Origin: Eledone cirrhosa
Lineage: Eukaryota
Length of the DNA: 64,000 nucleotides
Direction: 5' to 3'
NCBI GenBank assembly: GCA_964016885.1
Contig: OZ024746.1
Span: 60,326,001-60,390,000 of the forward strand
Shown: piece after piece, positions 13,938 through 27,855 of the stretch
How the letters are laid out: each line of letters begins with the position of its first letter
How positions within the stretch are numbered: position 1 is the first letter of the stretch
The notes under the pieces: generated by a model
Told to the model about the DNA's origin: nothing
The model's database searches: none
Seen by the model: only the letters and a program-made list of their open reading frames with translations
Made by a program: the position numbers and the translations under genes

Positions 13938-15600
13938 GTTATATTCATTGTTCCTCCTGTTGTGTTGTATGTCTACGCCATTTTTTTTGTTCAGTCTGTC
14001 TATATATTTATTTATTTATTTGCTTGTTTGTTTATCTTATTTTATTTTGTCTTCTTTGCGCATGCGTTTGCGTGTGTGTATAGTGTTATGTGTGATGTAT
14101 AGTGTTATGTGCATCGCCATGGTGTTACAAAGAGTGCGCCTACAGAGGAATCTCTGGAACGTGCCGCCACCAACCCCAAGATCGCTCAGGGCTGCCTCGG
14201 CCGCGACGGACCAGCTCCCGCAAGCCCCAGTTTGATTTAGAACGTAGCACGATGGAAAGCATCCAGCAGATAGCTAATTCCATACACCAGAGTATAACTG
14301 TAACTATAGACTTCCCTTCCAAACACCCTAACAATAGACTACCTGTATTAGACACAGAACTCTGGATTAACACTATAGACGAGAGAGCCCAAATTCTCCA
14401 CTCACACTATGCTAAACCCATGGCCTCCAAATACCTGATACTCAAAAACTCAGCAATGTCCAGTAGTGCTAAGTTTAATATTCTGATCGCAGATTTGGTA
14501 CGAGTGATGAAGAATGTGTCCAGCATGTGCGACCCAACAGAAATGGAAGGACACATCCAACACTTCATCAACCGCATGCAGTTCTCTGGCTACAACCAAA
14601 GAGACAGAGTCAGAGTATACGAAGGAGCCATGGAAAAGTATAAGATCCTCATAGAACTGGACATGAAAGGAATTTGCCCACTATACAGGAGCAAATCATG
14701 GAATAGCTTAGATAGGGCTAGACATAAGATAGGGAAGGCCACATCATGGTACGACAACCAGAGATATCAGAGTGTCATGTTTGTGGACGCCACCCCTGGA
14801 GGGAAATTAGCTAACCAGTGTAGAAAGGCCCTGAGAAAGACCCACTTAAAAATAAAGGTGGTAGAAAAGCCAGGAACCACCATAAAATCCCTGATCAGCA
14901 AAACCTACCCTTTTAAGAAAACCCACTGTACCAATAGGAAATGTATCATATGTAAGGTGAACCCCCGGATAAACTGTAAAACTAGAAACGTAGTCTATAG
15001 CATAAGATGTACAGAGGGTACTTGCAGAAACACGACAACAACATACATAGGTGAGACAGCTCGTAGCATAGGTGAAAGGATAGACCAACACTGGGGGGAA
15101 CTAAAAGGACGAAAAAACGGGTCAGTACTATACGAACATGCTAGACAACATCATGACGGTAACATAGACAACATAGAAATTAGAATAATATCTAAACATA
15201 GGAATGACCCAGCAGATAGGCAAATCAGAGAGGCCAGTGAAATAGAAATTAGAAGACCAAAGCTAAACAGAAAGAATGAGTGGAACAACAACAACACCCA
15301 AACAAACAACACTGACCTAAGAGAAGTATAAATAAATAAGTAAATTAAATTAAATAAAATAAGATAAATAAATACATACACAAGCACATAAACACACACT
15401 AGTCACCCAGCAGACACAACACTATACACACTAGTCACACATCACACATAACACTATACACACACGCAAACGCATGCGCAAAGAAGACAAAATAAAATAA
15501 GATAAACAAACAAGCAAATAAATAAATAAATATATAGACAGACTGAACAAAAAAAAATGGCGTAGACATACAACACAACAGGAGGAACAATGAATATAAC

Positions 15601-15641
15601 ACCACTGACGATGTTGCAGATGTGCAACGAAAGATTTATGT
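15601..15641 (+). ncRNA. Hammerhead-like motif in PLE A pLTR
   Basis: cca-CTGACGA-t-gttgca(gatg)tgcaac-GAAA-gatt-TA-tg. Core and stem II intact. Stem I has only about 2 bp, so activity is uncertain. Confidence 0.65.
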
Positions 15642-17065
15642 AAACTATATATATATGTGTTTGTCTATATTGTATCTGTATTATTTTTGACCGCCGGTCA
15701 GTCAATGGCAACATTGAGGACCGAGTAAGTTAGATCGCAGATATATATATATAAAAGACAGCGAGAAGCGAAAACCAACCAAACAGTGAGTGTGTTCTGT
15801 TATTAATTCTGGCAATATTACGCAAATATGACCCTCCCCAAATATAACAATATATATATGTGTATATATGTATATATATATATGTGTATATATGTATATA
15901 TATATGTGTATATAGGTATATATATATATGTGTATATATGTATATATATATATGTGTATATATGTATATATATATATATGTGTATATATGTATATATATA
16001 TATATATGTGTATATATGTATATATATATATATATGTGTATATATGTATATATATATATATGTGTATATATGTATATATATGTGTATATATATATATGTA
16101 TATATGTATATATATGTGTATGTATGTATATATATATATGTGTATATGTATATATATATATATGTGTGTATATATGTATATATATATATGTGTGTATATA
16201 TGTATATATATATACATGTGTGTATATATGTATATATATATACATGTGTGTATATATGTATATATATATACATGTGTGTATATATGTATATATATATACA
16301 TGTGTGTATATATGTATATATATATATGTGTGTATATATGTATATATATATGTGTGTGTATATATGTAGATATATATATATATATGTGTGTATATATGTA
16401 TATATATATGTGTGTGTATATATGTGTGTATATATTTTATATATATATGTGTGTGTATATATGTATGTATATATATATATATATGTGTATATATGTATAT
16501 ATATATGTGTGTGTATATATGTATGTATATATATATGTGTGTGTATATATGTATGTATATATATATATATATGTGTGTATATATGTATATATATATATAT
16601 GTGTGTATATATGTATATATATATATATATGTGTGTATATATGTATATATATATGTGTGTGTATATATGTATATATGTGTGTATATATGTGTGTATATAT
16701 GTGTGTGTATATATGTATATATGTGTGTATATATGTGTGTATATATGTGTGTGTATATATGTATATATGTGTGTATATATGTGTGTATATATGTATATAT
16801 ATATATGTGTACATATGTATATATATATGTGTATATATGTATATATATATGTGTATATATGTATATATATATGTGTATATATGTATATATATATGTGTAT
16901 ATATGTATATATATATGTGTATATATGTATATATATGTGTATATATGTATATATATATCTGTATATATGTATATATATATGTGTATATATGTATATATAT
17001 ATGTGTATATATGTACATATATATATATATGTGTATATATATGTACATATATATATATGTGTGTA

Positions 17066-17104
<39 letters not shown>

Positions 17105-17557
17105 ATATATGTATATATATATATATGTGTGTATATATGTATATATATATGTATGTATATATGTCTATATATATATATGTGTATATATATATATATGTGT
17201 GTGTGTATATATGTGTATATATATATATATGTGTGTATATGTATATATATATATATATTTATATGTGTGCGTCTATATATGTATATATATGTGTATATAT
17301 GTATATATATATGTGTATATATGTATATATATATGTGTATATATGTATATATATATGTGTATATATGTATATATATATGTGTATATATGTATATATATAT
17401 GTGTATATATGTATATATATATATGTATATATGTATATATATATATATATGTGTGTATATATGTATATATATATATATATATATGTGTGTATATATGTAT
17501 ATATATATATATGTGTATATATGTATATATATATATATGTGTGTGTGTATATATGTA

Positions 17558-17598
<41 letters not shown>

Positions 17599-17673
17599 AT
17601 ATATGTATATATATATGTGTGTATATATGTATATATATATGTGTATATATGTATATTTATATGTGTGTATATA

Positions 17674-17710
<37 letters not shown>

Positions 17711-17735
17711 CTATATGTGTATATATATATATATA

Positions 17736-17782
<47 letters not shown>

Positions 17783-18111
17783 ATATATATATATATATAT
17801 ATGTGTGTGTATATATGTATATATATATATATGTATATATATATATGTGTATATATATATATGTGTATATATGTATATATATATATGTGTATATATATAT
17901 ATGTGTATATATATATATGTGTATATATATATATGTGTATATATGTATATATATATATATATACATATGTATATATATATATGTGTGTATATATATACAT
18001 GTGTATATATATATATGTGTATATATATATATGTATATATATATATGTGTATATATATATGTATATATATATATGTGTATATATATATGTATATATATAT
18101 ATATATATGTG

Positions 18112-18143
<32 letters not shown>

Positions 18144-18193
18144 TGTGTATATATATATGTATATATATGTGTATATATATATATGTGTATATA

Positions 18194-18227
<34 letters not shown>

Positions 18228-18267
18228 TATATATATATGTATATATATATATATATATGTGTGTGTA

Positions 18268-18326
<59 letters not shown>

Positions 18327-18533
18327 GTGTATATATGTATATATATATATGTGTATATATATATATGTGTGTATATATGTGTATATATATATATGTGTGT
18401 ATATATGTATATATATATGTGTGTGTATATATGTATATATGTGTGTATATATGTGTGTATATATGTATATATATATATGTGTACATATGTATATATATAT
18501 GTGTATATATGTATATATATATGTGTATATATG

Positions 18534-18564
<31 letters not shown>

Positions 18565-19125
18565 ATATATGTATATATATATATATGTGTGTATATATGT
18601 ATATATATATGTATGTATATATGTCTATATATATATATATGTGTATATATATATATATGTGTGTGTGTATATATGTGTATATATATATATATGTGTGTAT
18701 ATGTATATATATATATATTTATATGTGTGCGTCTATATATGTATATATATGTGTATATATGTATATATATATGTGTATATATGTATATATATATATGTGT
18801 ATATATGTATATATATATGTGTATATATGTATATATATATGTGTATATATGTATATATATATGTGTATATATGTATGTATATATATGTATATATGTATAT
18901 ATATATGTGTGTATATATGTATATATATATATATATATATATGTGTATATATGTATATATATATATATGTGTATATATGTATATATATATATATATATAT
19001 GTGTGTGTATATATGTATATATATATGTGTGTATATATGTATATATATATGTGTATATATGTATATTTATATGTGTGTATATATGTCTATATATATATAT
19101 ATATATATATATGTGTCTATATGTG

Positions 19126-19216
<91 letters not shown>

Positions 19217-19622
19217 ATATATGTATATATATATATGTGTATATATATATATGTGTATATATGTATATATATATATGTGTATATATATATATGTGTATAT
19301 ATATATATGTTATATATATATATGTGTATATATGTATATATATATATATATACATATGTATATATATATATGTGTGTATATATATACATGTGTATATATA
19401 TATATGTGTATATATATATATGTGTATATATATATATGTGTATATATATATATGTATATATATATAGTATATATATATATGTGTATATATATATGTATAT
19501 ATATATATATATATGTGTATATATATATATGGTATATATATATATATATATATATGTGTATATATATATGTATATATATGTGTATATATATATATGTGTA
19601 TATATATATGTATATATATATG

Positions 19623-19657
<35 letters not shown>

Positions 19658-19676
19658 GTGTATATATATATATATA

Positions 19677-19707
<31 letters not shown>

Positions 19708-19789
19708 GTGTATATATGGTATATATATATATATGTGTATATATGTATATATATATATATGTGTGTATATATGTATATATATATATATA

Positions 19790-19872
<83 letters not shown>

Positions 19873-19931
19873 GTGTATATATGTATATATATATATATGT
19901 GTATATATGTATATATATATATATGTGTGTA

Positions 19932-19965
<34 letters not shown>

Positions 19966-19991
19966 TATATATGTATATATATATATATGTG

Positions 19992-20046
<55 letters not shown>

Positions 20047-20070
20047 GTGTTGATATATATATATGTGTGT

Positions 20071-20144
20071 GGAGGCACATGGCTTAGTGGTTAGAGCATT
20101 GGCCTTGCAATCGAAAGGTTGTGAGTTCAATTCTCAGACCGGGT
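20071..20144 (+). mobile_element. tRNA-derived SINE head fused to the RTE body
   Basis: Same sequence as the first 74 nt of the SINE at 43707 (A box TGGCTTAGTGG, B box GTTCAATTC), then switches at gggt into RT coding sequence. Confidence 0.88.
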
Positions 20145-21470
20145 CTGTTCTTAGCCCTCTCCTGTTCATCATAGTCCTGCAGGCAATAACGGAGGAGTTT
20201 AAGACCTGATGCCCATGGGAACTCCTGTATGCTGATGACCTCGCACTCATAGCTGAATCTATGGTAGAACTAGAGAATAAATTCCAAACCTGGAAGCAGG
20301 GACTAGAGAGAAAGGGCCTCAAAGTCAACATGACAAAGACTAAGGTCCTTGTAAGTAGACGAGAAAACAGAACCCAGATCCCCCAGGGAAATGGCCTTGC
20401 TCAGTATGTAGGAAAGGTGTAGGTAGGAACTCCATTCTCTGCCCCAAATGCAAACAATGGGTACACAAGAGATGTAGCGGGATCTCAGGAAGCTTAATTA
20501 AGAATGTAGGATTCACATGCAGCAGCTGTGCTGAAACAGCAAGCAAACAGCCACAGGAAACAAGTACCACCAATCTCTGGGAGGGCCCTGTAGAAACAGT
20601 AGACAGCTCTGCTACCTAGGTGACCGAATTAGCAACGGAAAGTACAATAACTAGGGTAAGAACGGGATGGAAGAAGTTTAGGGAACTACTACAACTGCTA
20701 GCTGCAAAAGGCTTCTCCCTCAGAATGAAAGGCAGACTGTATGATGCGTGTATCCGAACAGCGATGTTGCATGGTAGTGAGACCTGGGCGCTGAAGGTGG
20801 AAGACTTACGTAGATTAGAGAGAAACGAAGCCCGCATGCTCCGATGGATGTGTAACAGTAATATACGTGAACGACAAAGCATAAAGGAATTGAGAGAGAG
20901 ACTGAGCATAAGAGGAATCAAATGCTGCATGCAGGAGAGGCGGTTACGCTGGTATGGACATGTGATGCGTATGAAGGATGACAGCTGCATAAAAAGGTGC
21001 AGAGCACTAGAAGTTGATGGAAACCGCGGAGTGGGGAGACCCAAGATGACTTGGGATGAGGTGATAAAAGCCGACCTTACCCAACTACACCTCTCAAAGA
21101 CAATGACACACGACCGTGACTTCTGGCGTCACGCAGTAATACAGGGTACCCGACCTCCCATGGGTACATGCTGAAGCATATAAACAATATGCCCCCACTC
21201 CCCCTACCGCAAGGTGGTCGTGGAGGTGCCACGGCAAAAAAGCACCCAACCCACACTGTAAAGTGGACGTGTAGGCGCCACGAAAAAGCACCCAGCACTC
21301 ACTGTAAATGAGGTTGGTGTTAGGAAGGGCATCCAGCTGTAGAAATCAAGCCAGATCAGTTCCTGTATGAGCAAGGCATGGTCAGCTGACCAGACACTGC
21401 CCACAACAGGACAACCCGTCTAACCCATGCTAGCGTGGAAGAACGGACGTAAAACGGTGATGATGATGAT
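20141..21470 (+). mobile_element. RTE-clade LINE, 5'-truncated, defective
   Basis: GSVLSPLLFII, WELLYADDL, PHD-like CSVCRKGVG..C..C..WVHKRC, ...HGSETWAL...RLRWYGHVMR..GRPKMTW. In-frame TGA near 20207 plus frameshifts. 3'UTR ends in (GAT)n. Confidence 0.9.
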
Positions 21471-21716
21471 GATATATGTGTGTATATATGTATATATATA
21501 TATGTGTGTATATATGTATATGTATATATGTGTGTATATATGTATATATATATATATATGTGTGTATATATGTATATATATATATATATGTGTGTGTATA
21601 TATGTATATATATATGTGTGTGTATATATGTATATATATATATATATGTGTGTATATATGTATATATGTGTGTGTATATATGTATATATATATATGTGTG
21701 TGTATATATATATATA

Positions 21717-22075
21717 TACACGAACTCCAACCACAGCCGACTATTCCCAGTGAATGTTTTGGTTGCCGACTCTGTGCAGGACATTTTAGATCATTGGCTG
21801 GGCTAAAAAGCCACATTCGATCGCAGCACTGTTAGTTGCTATCGTGTGTGTGTGTGTGTGTAGATATGCTTATGTGCGTGCGTGTGTGTGTATATATATA
21901 TGAATATGTATATTATTATTGTTGTTGTCGTTATTATTATTATTGCTATTATTATTATTATTATTATTATTGTTATTAATGTATGTGTGTATATATGTGT
22001 GAGTGTATGTGTATGTATGTGTGTATGTATATATGTATGTATGTATGTATATATATATATATATATATTTCTTTA

Positions 22076-22106
<31 letters not shown>

Positions 22107-22156
22107 TTTTTTTTCTTGTGCAATGGCCATACTCGATAACGAGGGGGCAGCCATCA
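21717..22156 (+). mobile_element. 3' end of a related LINE (C2H2 finger) split by simple repeats
   Basis: [22 protein letters not shown]-stop at 21750-21835. Terminus tggccatactcgataacgagggggcagccatc at 22124-22155 resembles the end of the 38122-38731 element. Confidence 0.6.
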
Positions 22157-22468
22157 TATATATGTGTGTATATATGTATATATATATGTGTGTATATATG
22201 TATATATATGTGTGTATATATGTATATATATGTATATATGTATATATATATGTATATGTATATATGTATATATATATATGTATATATGTATATATATGTA
22301 TATATGTATATATATGTATATATGTATATATATGTATGTATATATATGTATATATATGTATATGTATATATGTATATATATGTATGTATATATATGTATA
22401 TATATGTATGTACATATATGTATATATATGTATGTACATATATGTATATATATGTATGTACATATATG

Positions 22469-22513
<45 letters not shown>

Positions 22514-22557
22514 GTATGTATATATATTTATATATATATATGTATGTATATATGTAT

Positions 22558-25500
22558 ATCATCATCATCATCATCATCGTTTAACTTCCATATTCCACGC
22601 TTGCATGGGTTTGGACGGGAGTTTTCCCACTTGAGGCAAGAGTGGTTGTCTTTCTCCCATAGGACTGTCTGGCGGGTTTTCTACGGCTGGATGCCCTTCC
22701 TAACACCAACCATATTTACAGTGTGGAACTGGGAGGTTTTTACCGTGTTACCTACACGGCCACATTATAGCGTGGACTGTGTGTTTTTTGTCGTGACACC
22801 TACACGACCTCATTTGTTTCGGTCTGGATGTTGTGGTACCAACATAACTTTACATTGAAAGGGGTGGTGCGGATGGGGTGGGGATAATGGGACGGGGGTG
22901 TATTTTGTTAGAGGTGCCTACTGACTGTAGTAGGTTTTACTTTGTACTTAGGTAAGGCGGGTCTTCTGTTTTACTGTGTAGCGCCAAAGATCTCGGTCCA
23001 GTGACATTGTCTTGGAGAGTGTAAGTGTGTGAGGTCGGAGTTTATCAGCTCGTCCCAGGTTTTTCTGGGTCTGCCTACTCCGTGGCTACCGTCTATTTTT
23101 ATTGCCCTGCACTTTTTTATACAGCTGTCGTCTTTCATGCGCATCACGTGACCATACCAACGTAGCCTTCTCTCGAGTAAACAACATCTGATCCCTCTTA
23201 ATTCTAATTTTTCCCTTAGTTCGTTTATTCTTTGCCGTTCACGTATATTACTATTACACATCCAGCGGAGCATGCAAGCTTCGTTCCTCTCTAGTCTGCG
23301 TATATCCTCTGCAGACAATGCCCAGGTCTCACTGCCATGCAACATTGCTGTTCGTATGCAGGCATCATACAGCCTGCCTTTCATTTTTAGAGAGAACCCT
23401 TTAGCGGCTAATAGTGGTATAAGTTCTGACTCTAGCTTCTAGCTACTGTACTTCAGAGCACCCTCCCCCACTGCTGATTTTGTCGCCCAGGTAACGGAAG
23501 CTGTCCACTATTTCTATAGAACCAGCTGTGCAATTGAAAGAGCTAGTATTCTGTGGGCACTTGCTGCTACATATTGCACCAGAGTACCGGCCACATATAA
23601 TATCTGTTCTTAGTTAGCTTACCTGTGATCCCACTACATCTTTATGCACCCATACTTTGCATTTGGGACATAAAATGGAGTTTCTACCTACTCCATTCCT
23701 ACACACTGAGCATGGTCATTTCCCAGATGGGACCGGCGCCCTATTTTCCTTCCTACAAACTAGAACTTTAGTCTTAGACAGGTTAATTTTAAGGCCTTTT
23801 GATTCTAGGCCATGCTTCCATGTTTGGAATTTCTTCTCTACTTTTGCCATTGATTCAGCTATGAGCGTTAGATCATCTGCGTATAGGAGTTCCCATGGGC
23901 AGCCGGTCTTGAACTCAACTGTTATAGCCTGAAGGGCAATAATAAATAGTAGGGGGCTAAGAACGGAGCCCTGATGAACACCAACTTTTACGCTAAACTC
24001 TTCACTATATTCGTTGTTAATTCTAACCTTGCTGACTGTTTCTTTATACATGGCTTGTATAGCTCTCACAAGCCATTCATCAACACCTAGTTTTCTAAGA
24101 GCCCACCAGATAATGGAACGGGGGACTCTGTGAATGCTTTCTCCAAGTCGACAAAAGCTAAGTAGAGGGGTTTACTTTTAGCTAGGTACTTCTCCTGTAG
24201 TTGTCGTACAATGAAAAGAGCGTCTGTGGTACTTTTGCCTGACACAAACCCGAACTGCATTTCATCTAGATCAATTCTCTCTCTGATTAGTTGCGCTATT
24301 ACTTTTTCTGTGACCTTCATGACCTGGTCGATTAATTTAATGCCTCTATAGTTACTCCTATCTAGGGCATCTCCTTTACCCTTGTAGCAGTTAATGATGA
24401 TGCTGCTACGCCAGTCCTTCGGAACAACCCCATTCTGTATGACTTGGTTTACTATCCGGGTGACCATGGTGTGTCCCACCATTCCAGAGGCTTTCAGCAT
24501 TTCAGCAACTATTTCCGAAGGCCCAGCCGCCTTACCCGTCTTCATATCTTTGATTGCCTTACTTATTATACTACCTTCGACTAACACTGCTGGTCCCTCT
24601 ATTGGGTCGATGTGGGGGAGACTGTCTTTCTCCCATTTATTCTCCTCATTTAGTAGCCTTTCGTAGTGACACTTCCAGGCTACCTTCTTATCAGCCTCAG
24701 TGATGCAAGTACACCATCATCATTAAGTACACACTTCTCCCCGACAATATCACAGTTTTCCTTGACACATTGCCTAGCAATCCTGAACACCTCACGTTTT
24801 TGGTCCTCGCATTGTAGAACATGCTTGAACTTTCTTTCCTCTGCTTCCCTTCTTGCGAAGTACACTTGTCTCCTAGCTTCCCTCCTGGCCACTTGATAGT
24901 CTTCTCTACTTCCCCCATCCCGCCATACTTTCCAAGCCTGCTTTTTGCCTTAATTGACTCCTCCACCTTACTGTTCCACCACCATGTTACTCTCCTCCTG
25001 CCTATAGGCCTGCTCCGGCCACAGACTTCGTCTGCCTCCATCAACAGGTTTGCTTTCAGGAATTCCCACTGTTCCTCTATATTGTACGACTCTAAGTGCT
25101 CTTCCTTACTGTCGAAAGCATCAAGTAATATGCTTTTAAATTTATTTCTGCTGTGGGGTCCTTTAGCTTCCATATTTTTCTCCTGAGGATAGTCCTCTTC
25201 TGCTGTCGAGTACGTCTCGTCCTGACTATGAGGTCGCTAATTATGAGTCTATGTTGGGAGGTGCATTCTTCATGTGGGAGGGATTTAGTGTTTACAACAG
25301 ACACTCTGTCACGTCTTCTGGTAAGGATATAATCTACCTGGCTGGTATGTTCCCCTGATCTGTAGGTAATCAAGTGATTGTCTCGTTTTTTGAAGTTAGT
25401 GTTACAGATAGTTAGGTTATTTGCGTCACAGAATTCCAGGATTCTGGAGCCTTCCTCATTTCTAGTACCAAACCCATAGCCTCCGTGGATTCCATCATAG

Positions 25501-25735
25501 CCGTCACAATGTTGTCCAACTTGACCATTTAGGTCGCCAGCAATAATTATATAGTCACTGTCAGTTATTTGGAGGTAGTGTGCATCAGTGTCTCATAGAA
25601 CTGTCTTTTATAGCGCTAGGCAGTCCGGATTGGGGCGCGTACGCAGATATTACGGTCACAGTAGTTCTATTTAGAACAAGTCTTATTTTAATTATTCTGT
25701 CATTCACTCTATTTGCGTCTATTATCTTATCCATG
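22558..25735 (-). mobile_element. RTE-clade LINE, APE + RT, 5'-truncated, frameshifted
   Basis: APE (SAYAPQ, AGDLNGQVG, SQVDYIL, SQHRL), RT (KAAGPS, NYRGIKL, QFGF, FVDLEKAF, HQGSVLSP, YADD), C-terminal LRWYGHVMR, 3'UTR with (GAT)n tail. Confidence 0.93.
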
Positions 25736-26244
25736 TATATATATATGTATATATATATATATGTATGTATATATGTATGTATATATGTATGTATATATGT
25801 ATGTATATATGTATGTATATATGTATATATATGTGTATATATATATGTGTATATATATATGTATATATATATATATATATATGTAAATATATCTATATAT
25901 ATATGTATGTATATATATATGTATATATATGTATATATATATATGTATGTATATATGTATATATATATGTATGTATATATGTATGTATATATGTATGTAT
26001 ATATGTATGTATATATGTATGTATATATGTATATATATATGTATATATATATGTGTATATATATATGTATATATGTATATATATATGTATATATATATGT
26101 GTATATATTATGTATATGTATATATGTATATATATGTATATATGTATATATATGTATGTGTATATATATGTATGTGTATATATATGTATGTATGTGTATA
26201 TATATGTATGTGTATATGTATGTATGTGTATATGTATGTATGTG

Positions 26245-26282
<38 letters not shown>

Positions 26283-26360
26283 TATGTATGTATATATATA
26301 TATCTATGTATATATATGTATATATGTATATATATGTATGTATATATATGTATATATATG

Positions 26361-26391
<31 letters not shown>

Positions 26392-26520
26392 GTATGTGTA
26401 TATATATGTATGTGTATATATATGTATGTGTATATATATGTATATATATGTATGTATATATATATATGTATATGTATGTATGTATATGTATGTATATATA
26501 TGTATGCATATATATATATG

Positions 26521-26554
<34 letters not shown>

Positions 26555-26588
26555 TATGTATATGTATGTTTATATATATATGTATGTG

Positions 26589-26654
<66 letters not shown>

Positions 26655-26774
26655 TGTGTATATATGTATGTATATATATATGTATGTATATATGTGTATA
26701 TATGTATGTATATATATATGTGTATATATGTATGTATATATATATGTGTATATATGTATGTATATATAAATATG

Positions 26775-26809
<35 letters not shown>

Positions 26810-26832
26810 GTATGTATATATATATATATATG

Positions 26833-26919
<87 letters not shown>

Positions 26920-27023
26920 GTATGTATATATATATATATATGTATGTATATATATATATGTATGTATATATATATATGTATGTATATATATATATATATG
27001 TATGTATATATAATATATGTATG

Positions 27024-27056
<33 letters not shown>

Positions 27057-27061
27057 GTATG

Positions 27062-27094
<33 letters not shown>

Positions 27095-27161
27095 GTATGT
27101 ATATATATATATATGTATGTATATATATATATATGTATGTATATATATATATATATGTATG

Positions 27162-27218
<57 letters not shown>

Positions 27219-27293
27219 ATATATATGTATATATGTATATATATATGTATATATGTATATATGTATATATGTATATATATATATATGTATGTA

Positions 27294-27324
<31 letters not shown>

Positions 27325-27498
27325 ATATATATGTATATATGTATATATGTATATATGTATATATGTATATATGTATATATGTAATATATATATATGTATG
27401 TATATATATATATATATATATGTATGTATATATATATATGTATGTATATATATATATATATGTATGTATATATATGCATGTATATATATATATGTATG

Positions 27499-27553
<55 letters not shown>

Positions 27554-27570
27554 GTGTATATATATATATG

Positions 27571-27617
<47 letters not shown>

Positions 27618-27810
27618 GTATATATATATGTATATATATATATATGTATATATATTGTTATACTTTGGGAGGGTCATGTTGCCAATAAGAAACACACGCA
27701 CCAGTTGCTTTCACTTCAATTTAATTTAATATATATTTATAAATTTACAAATTTATAAATTTCTGGTTGGTTGGTTGGTTCCACAACCAGATAGTTGTTT
27801 ATATATATAT

Positions 27811-27855
27811 AGTCATAGTTCTTTCGTCACACACTCTGTGACCTCTTCAGTGACT
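27811..27855 (-). ncRNA. Hammerhead ribozyme, inverted-arm copy of PLE B
   Basis: Reverse complement of 31627-31671. Confidence 0.85.

Larger units (their letters stand above)
13624..15853 (+). mobile_element. Penelope-like retroelement A (Naiad-type), 5'-truncated, with inverted pseudo-LTR arm
   Basis: Body ORF ~14234-15331 has RT thumb (LPVLDTELW, HYAKPMAS), SVMFVDATPGGKLA, a C-x4-CxxC knuckle and GIY-YIG (NVVYSIRC...YIGETARS). 13685-14098 is the reverse complement of 15439-15853. Confidence 0.9.

Noticed and set aside
14102-14233. N-terminus of the 409-aa ORF as a genuine PLE protein start
   Set aside because: It derives from junction filler. Homology to element B begins only near ...ERSTMESIQQ.
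20200-20215. In-frame TGA in the RTE RT as possible recoding
   Set aside because: The other RTE copy has Gly here (KTGCPW), and this copy also has frameshifts. It is a simple nonsense mutation.
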